A stretch of DNA of 64,000 bases, from contig NW_019029012.1 in the NCBI RefSeq assembly GCF_002105155.1, positions 310,001-374,000 of the forward strand, written 5' to 3'. This document shows positions 63,211 through 64,000 of the stretch, piece by piece. The notes beneath the pieces are model-generated. The model searched no databases and had not been told where the DNA came from. It saw nothing but the letters and a program-made list of their open reading frames with translations. The position numbers and the translations under genes were made by a program. Source of the stretch: Lobosporangium transversale (lineage: Eukaryota). The number at the start of each line of letters is the position of its first letter. The stretch's first letter is position 1.

Positions 63211-64000
63211 ATGCCAGAAACATCCATTCCACCCCCATCTTTTGATTCACCAGATCCAACTCTCGGAATCAAGCCTCGATCAGCACAATCAACAAACGAG
63301 TTAACTTATGAGAAGCATAATGACAACCAACTCGAAACCCTGAACGAATGGATGCATCCTTCAGCAATTTTGCATCAATCGCAGCCATACTCTGCTGCAT
63401 TCTATGGATGCTCTTTCAGGCTTTTTGCTTTATTTCTGATATCAGCTGTCTTGTTGGCATGTGCGATCCATTCGAGCTTTCACTATCAATTGGACCCCAA
63501 AGGCTGTATGATGACCTATATGCAGCCTACATATTACAGATTATTGGACTTTAACCTAGAAAACACCTATACCCCCGGAAACTATGGGCTATTGCTCTAC
63601 AGAGATGAAGGGGACGACCACTCAGTAGTACACCCAGATTCGCTCGAACATCTGGGAGGCACAGACTGGGCAGTTTCAAAATCAGCAAAGGTAAATAGAC
63701 GCAACTTTTGTCTATTATTGATTAGCATCAAGGAAATCTGTTCGTGGCGTCTTTTATAGATCAAATGTTCAACTATGTATTATATGACATTCATGTAGAT
63801 TCGCCCGACAGGCATCCCTGCCTTATTTATTCCGGGGAATGCAGGGAGTGCTAGACAGATTCGTTCTCTGGCCAGAGAGACGACCACAGCTTACAAGCCA
63901 GGCTCGAAGAGGATTGATTTCTTCACAGTAGACTTTAATGAAGAATTCTCGGCATTCCACGGGCAGATCTTGGTGTATCAGGCAAAATGGATTAACACGG
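63211..64000 (+). CDS. BST1: GPI inositol-deacylase PGAP1/Bst1, partial (runs off the window); exon 1 63211-63690, exon 2 from 63799
   Basis: N-terminal TM segment, GCMMTYMQPTY, YGLLLYRDEG, GIPALFIPGNAGSARQIRSLA and DFFTVDFNEEFSAFHG. Confidence 0.93.

Overview
Intron-rich eukaryotic (fungal) genomic DNA. The gene families present (Crinkler and TRP-like channel relics, an M36 fungalysin) and the long poly-A/T runs suggest an early-diverging fungus, probably Mortierellaceae; this is an inference. The window holds about 16 spliced housekeeping genes: PPTase, RING-H2 E3 ligase, ferroportin, mitochondrial carrier, AP-3 beta, eIF5A, an LRR protein, SIZ/PIAS, Bud22, PDAP1, Sly1, Git1, uS2m, bestrophin, fungalysin and a partial PGAP1/Bst1. 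It also holds one tRNA-Asp, two pseudogenes and a small orphan gene. Two loci stand out. (1) An intact, intronless 731-aa dsRNA-virus RNA-dependent RNA polymerase (Durnavirales, most like Curvulaviridae) lies about 620 bp from the tRNA gene, behind a host-style TATA/CT-rich promoter; it is a candidate domesticated endogenous viral gene. (2) A bacterial BMP/PnrA-type substrate-binding protein gene has gained introns, a signal peptide and, through a GC-AG intron, a probable GPI-anchor tail. All family calls come from motif recognition by eye; no database searches were run.
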